A stretch of DNA of 64,000 nt from contig CAZNPH010000008.1 in the NCBI GenBank assembly GCA_964574985.1, positions 13 through 64,012 of the forward strand. The letters run 5' to 3'. The position numbers were made by a program, and so were the translations under genes. Below are positions 1-10,185 of the stretch, piece after piece (the first letter of the stretch is position 1; every line of letters begins with the position of its first letter). Below the pieces are notes generated by a model. It ran no database searches, was not told the DNA's origin, and saw only the letters and a program-made list of their open reading frames with translations. Source of the DNA: an uncultured Bacteroidaceae bacterium (lineage in GTDB: Bacteria > Bacteroidota > Bacteroidia > Bacteroidales > SM23-62).

Positions 1-57
1 CTAATTATAAATCAACAAACAAAGGGATTTTGGAAAAATAGAATTATTTCATACAAG

Positions 58-1530
58 ATGAGTAAAACCAATAATCCTGCTATTTCCAGGCGTAATTTCC
101 TGGAAAAAGCATCCGTTTCAGCTGCTTCATTGACCCTTATACCGGGATATGTAATGGGAGGTAAAGGCCACACGCCGCCAAGCGACAAGCTTAATATTGC
201 AGGTGTCGGGGTTGGCGGTGCAGGAGGCAATAATGTCCGGAACATGAGCGATGAAAATATTGTGGCCCTTTGCGATGTGGACTGGAAATATGCTGCAGAG
301 ACATTCATGGAGCATCCACGGGCAAAAAAATATAAGGACTTCCGCGAAATGCTGGAGGAAATGGATAAGCAGATTGATGCAGTGGTGATCGCAACACCGG
401 ACCATACCCATGCCGTAGTGGCTTCCATGGCCATGAAAATGGGCAAGCATGTTTTCGTACAAAAACCTTTGACCCATTCCGTCTATGAATCCCGCTACCT
501 GACGGAACTGGCCAGGGAAACCGGTGTTGTCACCCAGATGGGCAACCAGGGGAATTCCGGTGAAGGCATCCGTAAGGTGTGTGAATGGATATGGGACGGT
601 GCCATCGGGGAAGTAAAAGAAGTGCACTGCTGGACCAACCGCCCCATTTGGCCCCAGGGCCTCGAACGTCCCGGAGAAACACCTCCCGTTCCGGATACAC
701 TGGATTGGGATCTGTTTCTGGGTCCGGCCCCGGAACGGCCTTACCATCCTGCCTATACACCATGGAACTGGCGTGCATGGTGGGACTTCGGTACAGGAGC
801 CCTGGGAGACATGGCATGCCATATCATTGATCCCGCATTCAAAGCACTCAAACTGAAGTATCCTTATGCCGTGGAGGCCGGTTCCACTCCGGTCAATACG
901 GAAAGTGCACCCTCGGCAGAAAGGGTTACATACTATTTCCCATCCAGGGACAACCTGCCTTCCGTTGCCATGCCCCCGGTTGTTTTGCGTTGGTATGACG
1001 GCGGACTGATGCCTGAGAGACCGGTGGAATTGCCGGCCGGCAAGATCATGGGTGACTGGGGGGGAGGAACATTGTTCGTTGGCAGCAAGGGAAAACTCAT
1101 CTGCAGTACTTATGCACGGGATCCTTACCTGCTGGGTGTGGAAGAATATGAACCTCCGAAAGTACTGAGAAGGATCGAAGGAGGATCCAGGGGGCACGGA
1201 CTGGATTTTGTGAGGGCATGCAAGGAGAGCCCGGGGGACCGAGTAGCCCCTGGTTCCAGTTTTGAATACGCAGGTCCCTTCAATGAAACCGTTGTGATGG
1301 GCAATCTTGCGGTAAGGCTTCAGGACCTGAAGCGCAGACTTGAATGGGATGGGGAAAACATGCAAATTACCAACATCGATGATTCGGATGTGATCAATGT
1401 GTTGAAAGAAGAAAGATTCAGTATCAAAGACGGTCATCCTACTTTTGATAATCAATATGCCACGATCAATGCAGCCGATGCGGCAAGGGAATATATTCGA
1501 CACAGTTACCGCAAGGGCTGGAGCCTGTAA
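58..1530 (+). CDS. Gfo/Idh/MocA-family NAD(P)-dependent oxidoreductase with twin-arginine (TAT) signal
   Basis: 490-aa ORF with ATG at 58. N-terminus AISRRNFLEKASVSAASL fits the S/T-R-R-x-F-L-K TAT motif. Glycine-rich Rossmann segment NIAGVGVGGAGG and family-typical VFVQKP (EKP-like) motif. Confidence 0.85.
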   Translation: MSKTNNPAISRRNFLEKASVSAASLTLIPGYVMGGKGHTPPSDKLNIAGVGVGGAGGNNVRNMSDENIVALCDVDWKYAAETFMEHPRAKKYKDFREMLEEMDKQIDAVVIATPDHTHAVVASMAMKMGKHVFVQKPLTHSVYESRYLTELARETGVVTQMGNQGNSGEGIRKVCEWIWDGAIGEVKEVHCWTNRPIWPQGLERPGETPPVPDTLDWDLFLGPAPERPYHPAYTPWNWRAWWDFGTGALGDMACHIIDPAFKALKLKYPYAVEAGSTPVNTESAPSAERVTYYFPSRDNLPSVAMPPVVLRWYDGGLMPERPVELPAGKIMGDWGGGTLFVGSKGKLICSTYARDPYLLGVEEYEPPKVLRRIEGGSRGHGLDFVRACKESPGDRVAPGSSFEYAGPFNETVVMGNLAVRLQDLKRRLEWDGENMQITNIDDSDVINVLKEERFSIKDGHPTFDNQYATINAADAAREYIRHSYRKGWSL

Positions 1531-1548
1531 TGGTTTTTTGTTACCGAA

Positions 1549-2697
1549 ATGAACAGAAGAGATTTCGTGACCAAAGCCGGCATGGCATGTTCACTGATCG
1601 GATTATCCCCGTCACAGTTTTTTTCAGCCGGAAACCTGAAAGCATCAGGATCAAAACTTCCCTGTTGGAGAGGTTTCAACCTGCTTGATTACTTTTCTCC
1701 GAGACCGCGAAGATCGAATGCCGGAAAAGTAAAAGACGATCACCTGAAATGGATGCGCGACTGGGGATTTGATTTTATCCGGCTCCCCATGGCATATCCA
1801 AGGTTTTTGAATATAGATTATTCCAAAACCATCACTCCGGAGGATGTATATAAGATCAATACGGCTGAAGTTGACCGTGTTGAAGACATTGTACAGCGTG
1901 CCAACAAACATGGTCTTCATGTGAGCCTGAACCTGCACCGTGCGCCGGGCTATTGCGTAAATGCAGGTTTTCATGAACCCTTTAACCTCTGGCTTGACCG
2001 GAAAGCACAGGATGCTTTTGTCTTCCATTGGGAAATATGGGCAAAGCGCTTCCGGGATTACTCGCCGGAACAGATTAGTTTTGACCTGGTAAACGAACCC
2101 GGCATGCGCGAAGACATGAATGACCAACACTCCGAAAGAAAACCCGTGCCGGGTGATATTTATCGAAAGCTTGCCAAAAGAACCTTGAATGCCATTCGCA
2201 AATACAATCCGGAGCGTCACGTGATTGCTGACGGGAACAATACGGGCAGGGATGTGATCCCCGGAATAACCGATCTGGATATTGCCCAAAGCTGCCGGGG
2301 ATATTTTCCGCATTACATTTCGCATTACAAAGCACCATGGACATTTGAAAATCCCGGCAATTTGCCAGATCCAAAGTGGCCGGGTCAAATGGGCGGAAAA
2401 TATTACAGTCGTGAAGACCTGGAAAAATTCTACGCACCCTGGATCAAACTCGCCGAACAAGGGATTGGCGTGCACTGTGGTGAATGTGGCTGCTGGAACA
2501 AAACGCCCCACCATGTATTCCTCTCCTGGTTCGGGGATGTTTTAAGCATCCTCACCGGTCATAACATCGGGTATGCCTTATGGAATTTTATCGGCGATTT
2601 CGGGATACTGGACTCAGGCAGGAAAGATGCCGAATACACTGACTGGCATGGTCATAAGCTGGATGTAAAGCTATTAAGGATGATGCAAAAATATTGA
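1549..2697 (+). CDS. Glycoside hydrolase family 5 (cellulase-like) with TAT-type signal
   Basis: 382-aa ORF. N-terminus MNRRDFVTKAGMA. GH5 landmarks FIRLPM, LNLHRAPG, LVNEPG (acid/base NEP), HYISHY and VHCGECG (nucleophile Glu context). Confidence 0.8.
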   Translation: MNRRDFVTKAGMACSLIGLSPSQFFSAGNLKASGSKLPCWRGFNLLDYFSPRPRRSNAGKVKDDHLKWMRDWGFDFIRLPMAYPRFLNIDYSKTITPEDVYKINTAEVDRVEDIVQRANKHGLHVSLNLHRAPGYCVNAGFHEPFNLWLDRKAQDAFVFHWEIWAKRFRDYSPEQISFDLVNEPGMREDMNDQHSERKPVPGDIYRKLAKRTLNAIRKYNPERHVIADGNNTGRDVIPGITDLDIAQSCRGYFPHYISHYKAPWTFENPGNLPDPKWPGQMGGKYYSREDLEKFYAPWIKLAEQGIGVHCGECGCWNKTPHHVFLSWFGDVLSILTGHNIGYALWNFIGDFGILDSGRKDAEYTDWHGHKLDVKLLRMMQKY

Positions 2698-2721
2698 AAG
2701 AAAGAAAGAAATATCTGACTC

Positions 2722-3675
2722 ATGAAACGCAGGAAATTTGTACGAAATTTAAGCGGTTTAGCGGCCGGCAGCCTGATCATTCCCGGCATGTCCCCACTTG
2801 GTTCCTGTTCCGGGAATAAGCTTTTCTTCGACATCAGTCTGGCCGAGTGGTCAGTTCGCAAGCTGATCCGTTCAGGGAAGATCACCAATCTGGAATTTCC
2901 GCAACTGGCCCGGGACCGGTTCGGCATCCATGCAGTGGAATATGTCAGCGGATTCTTTCAGGACAGGGTGAATGACCGGCAATACCTCGATGAACTCAAA
3001 AAACGTTCTGAAGATGTGAATGTTAAGAATGTATTGATCATGGTGGATATGTGGGGACCGGAAGGAACCCTGGCCAGTCCGGATAAAAAGAAAAGAAAGA
3101 ATGCGGCGCTGAACCACAGGCCATGGGTGGATGCGGCAAAATACCTGGGATGTCATTCCATACGTGTCAATGCAAGCGGCTATGACCGGGAGCATTATCA
3201 GGAACAATACCTGCTGGCGAGGGATAATTTTGCTGACGGACTTTCATACCTGATTGAATACGGAAAGCAGGAAAAGATCAACATCCTGGTGGAAAACCAT
3301 GGGGGGCTTTCCTCCAACGCCCGGTGGCTGGTTGAGGTCATGGAACTCGTCAACAGCCCCTGGTGCGGAACCCTGCCTGATCTGGGCAATTTCACCATCG
3401 ACAGGGACAGAAACATCCGGTATGATCCGGTAAAAGGGCTGAAAGAATTAATGCCCTATGCAAAAGGCATCAGCGCCAAGACCCAGGATTTCGATGAAAA
3501 TTGTCACGAAACCACCATACCGTATCCGGAACAAATAAAAGTAATCTGGGATTTTGGTTATCATGGCCATATTGGTATTGAATGGGGTGGGGGCCGCTCG
3601 GACCTCAGACCGGATGAAGGCATCAGATGTACAAAAGAAATGCTGATCCGGCTTGGAACAGAAAAGAACCGTTAA
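2722..3675 (+). CDS. Sugar phosphate isomerase/epimerase (xylose isomerase-like TIM barrel) with TAT-type signal
   Basis: 317-aa ORF. N-terminus MKRRKFVRNLSGLAAGS. Motifs HSIRVNASG and NILVENHGG are typical of the AP_endonuc_2 / xylose-isomerase-like TIM-barrel fold. Confidence 0.65.
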   Translation: MKRRKFVRNLSGLAAGSLIIPGMSPLGSCSGNKLFFDISLAEWSVRKLIRSGKITNLEFPQLARDRFGIHAVEYVSGFFQDRVNDRQYLDELKKRSEDVNVKNVLIMVDMWGPEGTLASPDKKKRKNAALNHRPWVDAAKYLGCHSIRVNASGYDREHYQEQYLLARDNFADGLSYLIEYGKQEKINILVENHGGLSSNARWLVEVMELVNSPWCGTLPDLGNFTIDRDRNIRYDPVKGLKELMPYAKGISAKTQDFDENCHETTIPYPEQIKVIWDFGYHGHIGIEWGGGRSDLRPDEGIRCTKEMLIRLGTEKNR

Positions 3676-3691
3676 TAGAAAATCAATTGAT

Positions 3692-4948
3692 ATGGATAAC
3701 AGAAGACGTGAATTTCTCAGGCGCCTGTCCGTGCTGACAGGCTCATCGATTGTTCTTGCACATGCACCATGGATTGCAAAACTCAAAGGAAGCCCTTCCG
3801 CCAAAATATCCCCCATTGACAAAGTCAGGCTGGGGGTGATCGGGGTTGGAAACCGCGGCAGAAAATTGCTTTTGCACCTGAAACAAATGCCGGAAGTTGA
3901 TATTGCAGCCGTATGCGATATCTACGAACCCCATTATGAACGAGCCATTGAATTATCTGACGGAAAAGCAAAAGCGTTCTCTGATTATCGCGAACTGCTG
4001 GAAATGAACGATCTTGATGGGGTATTGATTGCAACTCCCGTTTACCTTCATGCCCGGATGACCAATGACGCCCTCAGGTCAGGTAAACATGTATTGTGTG
4101 AAAAAGCCATGGGCATGACCGTTGAAGAGTGCAGGAGCATGGTGGAAACACACCGGGAAACCGGCAACAACCTGTTGATCGGTCATCAGCGGATGTTCGA
4201 CATCGGTTATCTGGAAGCGCTGAAAAGAATGAGGCAGGGAGATTTCGGCCCCATGACCCATGTCAAATCCCACTGGTATGTCAACAACAGCTGGAGAAGA
4301 GATGTTCCCGAAGAGTTGAACGAATTCCTGAACTGGCGCATCATCGAAAAATACTCGCTCGGACTGATGACCGAGCTCGCGTGTCATATTACGCAGGTAG
4401 TTAACTGGTTCAAGGATTCAGTGCCCGAGAAGGTCTGTGGAAGCGGAAGCATTGTATACTGGAAAGACGGGCGGGATACATATGATAATGTCAATGTGGT
4501 TTACCGGTATCCTGACGGGACCAATTTCACTTTCAATTCCAACATGAGCAACTGGCACTACGGACTGGAACAGCAGTTGATGGGCCCCCAGTACTCGCTG
4601 GAGTTGCAACAGGGAAGATACTTTGCACAAAACCCACCGCCCGCACCGGGCATTTTACAGCTGATCACCGATATAGAGGACAGTGTTTTTCAGACCCTGC
4701 CCCTCGGCGGCGCCAGCTGGGTCATCAATACCGGAAGCGAACAAAAAGGAAAATATTTTGTCGATGAATATCCCAAGCCCGATGCGACTTCTCTGGAACT
4801 GGAAGCATTTGTTCAGTCGATCAGGGACGGAAAACAGACCCCCGGAGTACTTGAACAGGGATATTACGGGAGTGTGGCTGCCATTCTCGGACATATGGCC
4901 ATGAAGAAAGAATCCACGGTACGGTTTGAAAAAGAGATCATGCTGTGA
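3692..4948 (+). CDS. Gfo/Idh/MocA-family oxidoreductase with TAT signal
   Basis: The ORF track starts at 3653, but the ATG at 3692 gives MDNRRREFLRRLSVLTGSS (TAT motif) and avoids overlap with the upstream stop at 3675. Rossmann segment RLGVIGVGNRGR and VLCEKAM (EKP-like) motif. Confidence 0.8.
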   Translation: MDNRRREFLRRLSVLTGSSIVLAHAPWIAKLKGSPSAKISPIDKVRLGVIGVGNRGRKLLLHLKQMPEVDIAAVCDIYEPHYERAIELSDGKAKAFSDYRELLEMNDLDGVLIATPVYLHARMTNDALRSGKHVLCEKAMGMTVEECRSMVETHRETGNNLLIGHQRMFDIGYLEALKRMRQGDFGPMTHVKSHWYVNNSWRRDVPEELNEFLNWRIIEKYSLGLMTELACHITQVVNWFKDSVPEKVCGSGSIVYWKDGRDTYDNVNVVYRYPDGTNFTFNSNMSNWHYGLEQQLMGPQYSLELQQGRYFAQNPPPAPGILQLITDIEDSVFQTLPLGGASWVINTGSEQKGKYFVDEYPKPDATSLELEAFVQSIRDGKQTPGVLEQGYYGSVAAILGHMAMKKESTVRFEKEIML

Positions 4949-4978
4949 TAAACGGAAAGATTTGACGGGCACAGATGA

Positions 4979-5641
4979 TCAGCATCCCTTGACAAGTTTG
5001 TTCCTGAAAGCATAGATCACCAGATTGACCGTGTTGATTGATCCGGTTTTCTGGAACAGGTTGCTCTTGTGCTTCTCAACCGTCTTCGGACTGATAAAAA
5101 GATTTTCGCCGATCTGTGCGTTGCTGTATCCCTTGCATAAGAGCTGCAGGATTTCCATTTCCCTTCCGGTAAATTTATCGCTGACCGTCTGGGAATTGCT
5201 GATTGTCTCTTTCACCGGATTGCGAAGGCTCCGGTAAAGGTAACCAAGCACTTCATCCGAAAAATATACACCGCCTCTGTATACTTTTCTGATGGCGGAT
5301 TCCAGTTCATCCGTCTCAGAATGCTTGAGCATGTATCCCTGGGCACCCAGACTGATCATCTGATCAATATACTCTTCGTTCATGAAATTCGTAAGCGCGA
5401 TGATCTTTAAGCCGGAATACTTCTTAAGGGCATGATTTGTGGTTTCAATGCCATTCATGACAGGCATCTGAATATCCATCAGAACGATATCCGGGACTTC
5501 TTCTTCAAGTTGTTTCAGGAATTGTTCCCCGTTCTCAGCTTCATGTATGTTGCCGGCAAAAGGGAAACGCTTCAAAAGAAGTTTCAATCCGTCCCTGTAT
5601 ATTTTATGATCATCGACAACCGACAGCGAAAGCTTTTTCAT
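4979..5641 (-). CDS. Response regulator, NarL/FixJ (LuxR-type HTH) family, no adjacent kinase
   Basis: 220-aa ORF. Receiver residues VVDDH, phospho-acceptor context VLMDIQMP and YMLK. C-terminal LuxR HTH: TGREMEILQLLCKGYSNAQIGENLFISPKTVEKHKSNLFQK. Confidence 0.9.
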   Translation of the reverse strand: MKKLSLSVVDDHKIYRDGLKLLLKRFPFAGNIHEAENGEQFLKQLEEEVPDIVLMDIQMPVMNGIETTNHALKKYSGLKIIALTNFMNEEYIDQMISLGAQGYMLKHSETDELESAIRKVYRGGVYFSDEVLGYLYRSLRNPVKETISNSQTVSDKFTGREMEILQLLCKGYSNAQIGENLFISPKTVEKHKSNLFQKTGSINTVNLVIYAFRNKLVKGC

Positions 5642-5669
5642 AAGCTTTTCCCCACTTTGTTTTAAAAAA

Positions 5670-5677
5670 CAAAAATA
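5670..5677 (-). promoter_or_regulatory. Candidate Bacteroidota -7 promoter box (TATTTTTG) for the response regulator
   Basis: The minus strand reads TATTTTTG (TAnnTTTG consensus), with its last base 28 nt upstream of the ATG at 5641. Confidence 0.4.
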
Positions 5678-5716
5678 GGGAATCGGATCCGAAGGGAAAA
5701 AAGAAATATTCCGGGA

Positions 5717-6211
<495 letters not shown>

Positions 6212-8212
6212 CTATTTGGAAAATGGTTTATATTCTTTTCCTCCGCCCCTGAATCCGGCATTTTTATAAAATTCAACGAAAATCAAACGCATGGGGTGGA
6301 TAAATGCGCCCAGCGTTGCCAGAAAAATATTGATGGAATGTCCGAACAACAACAATATCAGGAACAACAGCCATCCAATATAGGGTACGCCCAGCAGCTG
6401 GGAAGAAATATCGTTGAACACGAAACCCAGAATGGCTGATGATATCCCCAGGGCAAAAAGACGAATGTATGACAGAATATCCTGAAAAACCCCGGTAACC
6501 ACTGAATAGGCGTCCCAGATGGCATTTAACGGCCGCATGAATACATTCGAATCCGGGTTATTGAAAAACACGATCAATCCACCCGATACAATCAGGAATA
6601 TGTTGAATACGGGACGGTTTTTTTCAAGATCCAGCATTCCATAATTATCTCCTCCCATAAAAAACACAAGGCTCACGATCAGCAAAACCCAGCCCATGGT
6701 GGAAAAACCGTACTTGAGCCCTTTCCGTTTTATAATGTTGAAGACCAGCAGGATCTTTCCAAAAATGATCTGTGCGCCCCCGATGATCATAGACAAATAA
6801 AACATGTGCAGGGGATTCTGCATCAGATGGCGAAAAGAATCCAGCCACTCAATATCCGGTTCGGTGTATTTCAGTATCTCGAACCTGTAATTGCTGAGGG
6901 GCTTCTCACCGATCGTTTTTCTCACCGCTTCCAGAAAATCATTCCTGGCTTCAAAATGAACACCCTGCAGTTGCTGCAACTGATCCATGACGGTTGAGGG
7001 CAAATTTTCCCCTCCCAGAAAGGCCAGGGTCTGACCGGTAATTGTATATCCGGTATCGATCAGATTGATGCCGAAAAAGGTTCCCGATAAAGCCCCGAAG
7101 ATCACCGTACCGAGTCCGAGGAACTGGGCAAGGGTCAGTATGGGCTTCATCTTGCGGTCAACTTTCCTTTTGAGCAAAGCGGCGGCAACCACGAATATCA
7201 GTCCGTATCCTGCATCACCCAGGCAAAAACCGAAAAAAAGCATGAAGAAAGGTGCGAAGAATGGGGTAAGGTCCAGCTCCTTGTAATTGGGCAGGTCAAA
7301 CAACCGGCCGATGGGTTCAAACAAATGGGTGAACTTATCATTTTCCAGAAGAATGGGGGGGTATTCGTCTTTATCGGGCTCAGTGGAAATATAATAGGCT
7401 TCGCTTTGATCAAGGAATTCCAGCAATTTTTTTTCCCTGGGTTCGGGCACCCATCCTTCCAGAAGTTTCAACGTGCCTTCTGCCTGGTCTTCCGTATCGA
7501 TAAGGGTTGACCTGTATTCAATTTCGTCCACAAGTTCTTTTTTACCCCGCGTGAGTATGGGGATGGACCTGCGGGCATGATCATCATAGGCTTCAGAAAT
7601 TTCCCGGTTCCGTTGTTCAAGTCCTTTTAGTTCTTTCTTCAGTTCAGAAAGGGAACGTTCGGCAACGGGCTCGGGTTCGGCATCTATTTCGATTTCCTGG
7701 CCTGCCGGCGCGATCACCACAAAATAAATTTGTCCCTTGAAGTGGTTGATGATCTCGATATCATACTGGTCTCTCCACTCATCCTCAAAACGCTTTGCAG
7801 GGCAGGAGAACAAATGCAGTTCATACCCTTCCTGTTTCAGTTTCTCGATATCGTCTTTCCTGTAATCGCCCCATGGCCGCAATTTAACCAGTTCCTTGCG
7901 GAGTGTGCTTTCCTTCTGCTCATTCTCTTCTTCCTCTTTCTGCAGGGTGTCCAGTTCTTCCAGTATCTCTCCGGGCGAACGGTCCCCGGGGGTTTTGCTT
8001 TCGTCATCTTTCTCAACATCTCTTCTGTTGAGAAAGCGGATAGTCTCGTCATAACGCCTGATCCTTTCAAACTGATCCTGCAGCTGAACTTGTTTTTCCT
8101 CACTTTTCTTTTCAGCGATATGCACCACCCCCAACTCCCTGAGTTTATCAAGAAACCCCTGATAGTCATTATGATACACCAGGAAAGAATATTTCTTCAT
8201 GGGTGTTATCAT
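6212..8212 (-). CDS. atpI: V-type ATP synthase subunit I (a-subunit homolog)
   Basis: 666-aa ORF. The N-terminal half is charged and coiled-coil, the C-terminal half is polytopic membrane. SYIRLFALG holds the conserved stator Arg context (compare SYLRLWALS). Operon position is between D and K. Confidence 0.85.
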   Translation of the reverse strand: MITPMKKYSFLVYHNDYQGFLDKLRELGVVHIAEKKSEEKQVQLQDQFERIRRYDETIRFLNRRDVEKDDESKTPGDRSPGEILEELDTLQKEEEENEQKESTLRKELVKLRPWGDYRKDDIEKLKQEGYELHLFSCPAKRFEDEWRDQYDIEIINHFKGQIYFVVIAPAGQEIEIDAEPEPVAERSLSELKKELKGLEQRNREISEAYDDHARRSIPILTRGKKELVDEIEYRSTLIDTEDQAEGTLKLLEGWVPEPREKKLLEFLDQSEAYYISTEPDKDEYPPILLENDKFTHLFEPIGRLFDLPNYKELDLTPFFAPFFMLFFGFCLGDAGYGLIFVVAAALLKRKVDRKMKPILTLAQFLGLGTVIFGALSGTFFGINLIDTGYTITGQTLAFLGGENLPSTVMDQLQQLQGVHFEARNDFLEAVRKTIGEKPLSNYRFEILKYTEPDIEWLDSFRHLMQNPLHMFYLSMIIGGAQIIFGKILLVFNIIKRKGLKYGFSTMGWVLLIVSLVFFMGGDNYGMLDLEKNRPVFNIFLIVSGGLIVFFNNPDSNVFMRPLNAIWDAYSVVTGVFQDILSYIRLFALGISSAILGFVFNDISSQLLGVPYIGWLLFLILLLFGHSINIFLATLGAFIHPMRLIFVEFYKNAGFRGGGKEYKPFSK

Positions 8213-8817
8213 GCGACCTCCTTCATATGTTGTTCCTGTTGGCGGTTTTTAACGATCTTCTGGGCGGCTTTGGAAAGATTCTCATTGTCCTCAAGAAAAC
8301 GCTTGATCTTAAGGATTGCATCCTGGTAAGCGGGTATCTGTACTTTTTCATACAGATTTACTTTCTGGGTCGTCTTTTTCCGGGCATGATCAAGCAACTC
8401 CATTTTGCGTTGGAAAAACTCCCGCTCAATGGCAATCCGTGACAGTTTCTTCAGGATTTCAATTCCATCCAGGAACCATTTGGGCCTGGCGAATATACTG
8501 AATTTCTTTGTGCTATATGTAATTTCTTTCAATACCGGTGTTTTTACCCCGGCGATCTTCTTGATCTCCAGGTCTACATCCTCAACTTCCACCAGGCCAG
8601 GATCAAATTCGCCCCATATCCTGAAACTCTCTTCATAGGATTTAATGGTCTTTTTTAATTCCTTATCCAGCTGTTCTGCCTTGTCCTTGGCCCGCTTTAC
8701 TTCCACACGGAGGGCCGATTCCTTGTTTTTCAGTGTAGGAAGGGCTTTCTCCCGGATGTCAAGCTGCTTTTTCAGCCTTTGCATGGCTGTTTTATTATAC
8801 TGGAACTTGATCGCCAT
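8209..8817 (-). CDS. atpD: V-type ATP synthase subunit D
   Basis: 202-aa ORF with long helical K/E-rich termini, located directly after B. Its stop overlaps the subunit I start by 4 nt (8209-8212). Confidence 0.85.
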   Translation of the reverse strand: MAIKFQYNKTAMQRLKKQLDIREKALPTLKNKESALRVEVKRAKDKAEQLDKELKKTIKSYEESFRIWGEFDPGLVEVEDVDLEIKKIAGVKTPVLKEITYSTKKFSIFARPKWFLDGIEILKKLSRIAIEREFFQRKMELLDHARKKTTQKVNLYEKVQIPAYQDAILKIKRFLEDNENLSKAAQKIVKNRQQEQHMKEVA

Positions 8818-8841
8818 TTATTCTATAATCTTTGGATTTGA

Positions 8842-10185
8842 TCATTCATTTTCCTTGTGTTCCTCTCCGTTGGGCCAATACTTTTTAACCAGTGCTTCCC
8901 TGATTCCAACTTCTGATTTGGTAAAATTTTTGGCAAACAATTCCCAGGCCGTGTCCAGCATTGTATCCACTTTAATGTTTACATCGATCGCAAGCAATTT
9001 CTCAGAATATTCACCGGCATAGTCCAGGGTCCGTTTATCATAATCCGTCAGGTCGAATCCGTTTTCCAGTTTGGTCTTCGCGTTGGCCGCATCCGCGTAG
9101 AGTCTGACCGCCGCATTCATGACCTGTGGATGGTCTTCCCTGGTTTTCTTGCCGATCACCAGCTGTTTCAACCGGGACAGGGACCGGAAGGGATCCACGA
9201 TCACCTTTCCTATGTCGGTATCCCTTCTCAGGAACAATTGCCCCTCGGTAATATAGCCCGTATTGTCCGGAACGGCATGGGTGATGTCCCCACCGGAAAG
9301 GGTGGTCACTGCAATGATGGTAATGGAACCGCTTTCAGGGAATTGAACCGCTTTTTCGTATATCTTTGCCAGATCGCTGTAAAGGGAACCGGGCATACTG
9401 TCCTTGGAAGGGATCTGGTCCATCCGGTTGGAAACAATGGCCAGGGCATCTGCAAAAAGGGTCATGTCGGTAAGCAGAACCAGTACTTTTTCTTTCTTCT
9501 CCGTAGCATAATATTCGGCGGCGGTCAGGGCCATATCCGGAACCAGCAACCGTTCCACTGGAGGATCCTCAGTGGTATTGACGAAAGCGATGATGCGGTC
9601 GAGGGCTCCTGCATTTTCAAAAACATTCCTGTAATAGAGGTAATCATCATTGGACAACCCCATGCCGCCAAGGATGATCTTGTCCGCCTCTGCCCGCAGG
9701 GCAACCATGGCCATCACCTGGTTGAAAGGCTCACCCGGGTCTGCAAAGAAAGGGATCTTCTGGCCGGTCACCAGGGTATTGTTCAGATCAATCCCGGCAA
9801 TGCCCGTGGTAATGAGCTGGGAAGGCTGTTCACGCCTGACCGGGTTCACTGACGGACCTCCGATTTCCTGTTCCTTGCCCATCAGCTCCGGTCCCCGGTC
9901 AATCGGATCCCCGTATGCATTCAGGAATCTTCCTGCCAGATCTTCTCCGACTTTCAAAGCCGGCGGGCGGCCCATAAAAATCACTTCCGCATTGGTTGGG
10001 ATCCCCTCTGTTCCTCCGAAAATCTGAAGGGTCACTTCATCGCCGAGGATCTTTACCACCTGGGCCAGTTTCCCCTGGACCAGGGCAAGTTCCTCGTACC
10101 CGATCCCGCTGGCATGCATCATGCAGGTGGCTTTTGTGATCTGGGTGATCTTTCTGTATATCTTTTGAAACGCCTTTTTTTCCAT
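8842..10185 (-). CDS. atpB: V-type ATP synthase subunit B (non-catalytic)
   Basis: 447-aa ORF with the A/B-type nucleotide-binding fold but no GxxxxGKT P-loop. Conserved SMPGSLYSDLAKIYE and ITEGQLFL segments. The B start at 10185 abuts the end of the A gene. Confidence 0.9.
   Translation of the reverse strand: MEKKAFQKIYRKITQITKATCMMHASGIGYEELALVQGKLAQVVKILGDEVTLQIFGGTEGIPTNAEVIFMGRPPALKVGEDLAGRFLNAYGDPIDRGPELMGKEQEIGGPSVNPVRREQPSQLITTGIAGIDLNNTLVTGQKIPFFADPGEPFNQVMAMVALRAEADKIILGGMGLSNDDYLYYRNVFENAGALDRIIAFVNTTEDPPVERLLVPDMALTAAEYYATEKKEKVLVLLTDMTLFADALAIVSNRMDQIPSKDSMPGSLYSDLAKIYEKAVQFPESGSITIIAVTTLSGGDITHAVPDNTGYITEGQLFLRRDTDIGKVIVDPFRSLSRLKQLVIGKKTREDHPQVMNAAVRLYADAANAKTKLENGFDLTDYDKRTLDYAGEYSEKLLAIDVNIKVDTMLDTAWELFAKNFTKSEVGIREALVKKYWPNGEEHKENE

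Noticed and set aside
127-1503. 458-aa ORF antisense to the first oxidoreductase gene, almost as long as the gene itself.
   Set aside because: It is exactly codon-aligned with the sense gene, so it only reflects the absence of TTA/CTA/TCA sense codons. Its product is low-complexity with no recognisable motifs, while the sense product has clear family motifs and a TAT leader.
3653-3691. N-terminal extensions proposed by the ORF track. Starts affected: 3653, 13474, 24563, 25076, 34130, 36139, 46853, 48266, 49516, 57686 and 59720.
   Set aside because: Several of these starts are TTG codons or lie inside the preceding gene or a candidate promoter. Downstream ATGs give canonical N-termini (TAT leader, signal peptide, lipobox or conserved family start).
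5642-5716. Possible terminator or co-transcription signal between atpK and the response regulator (TCGGATCCGA palindrome).
   Set aside because: The palindrome has no loop and no U-tail, so it is not a convincing terminator. A separate -7 box for the regulator makes obligatory co-transcription unnecessary. I left this undecided and did not call a feature.
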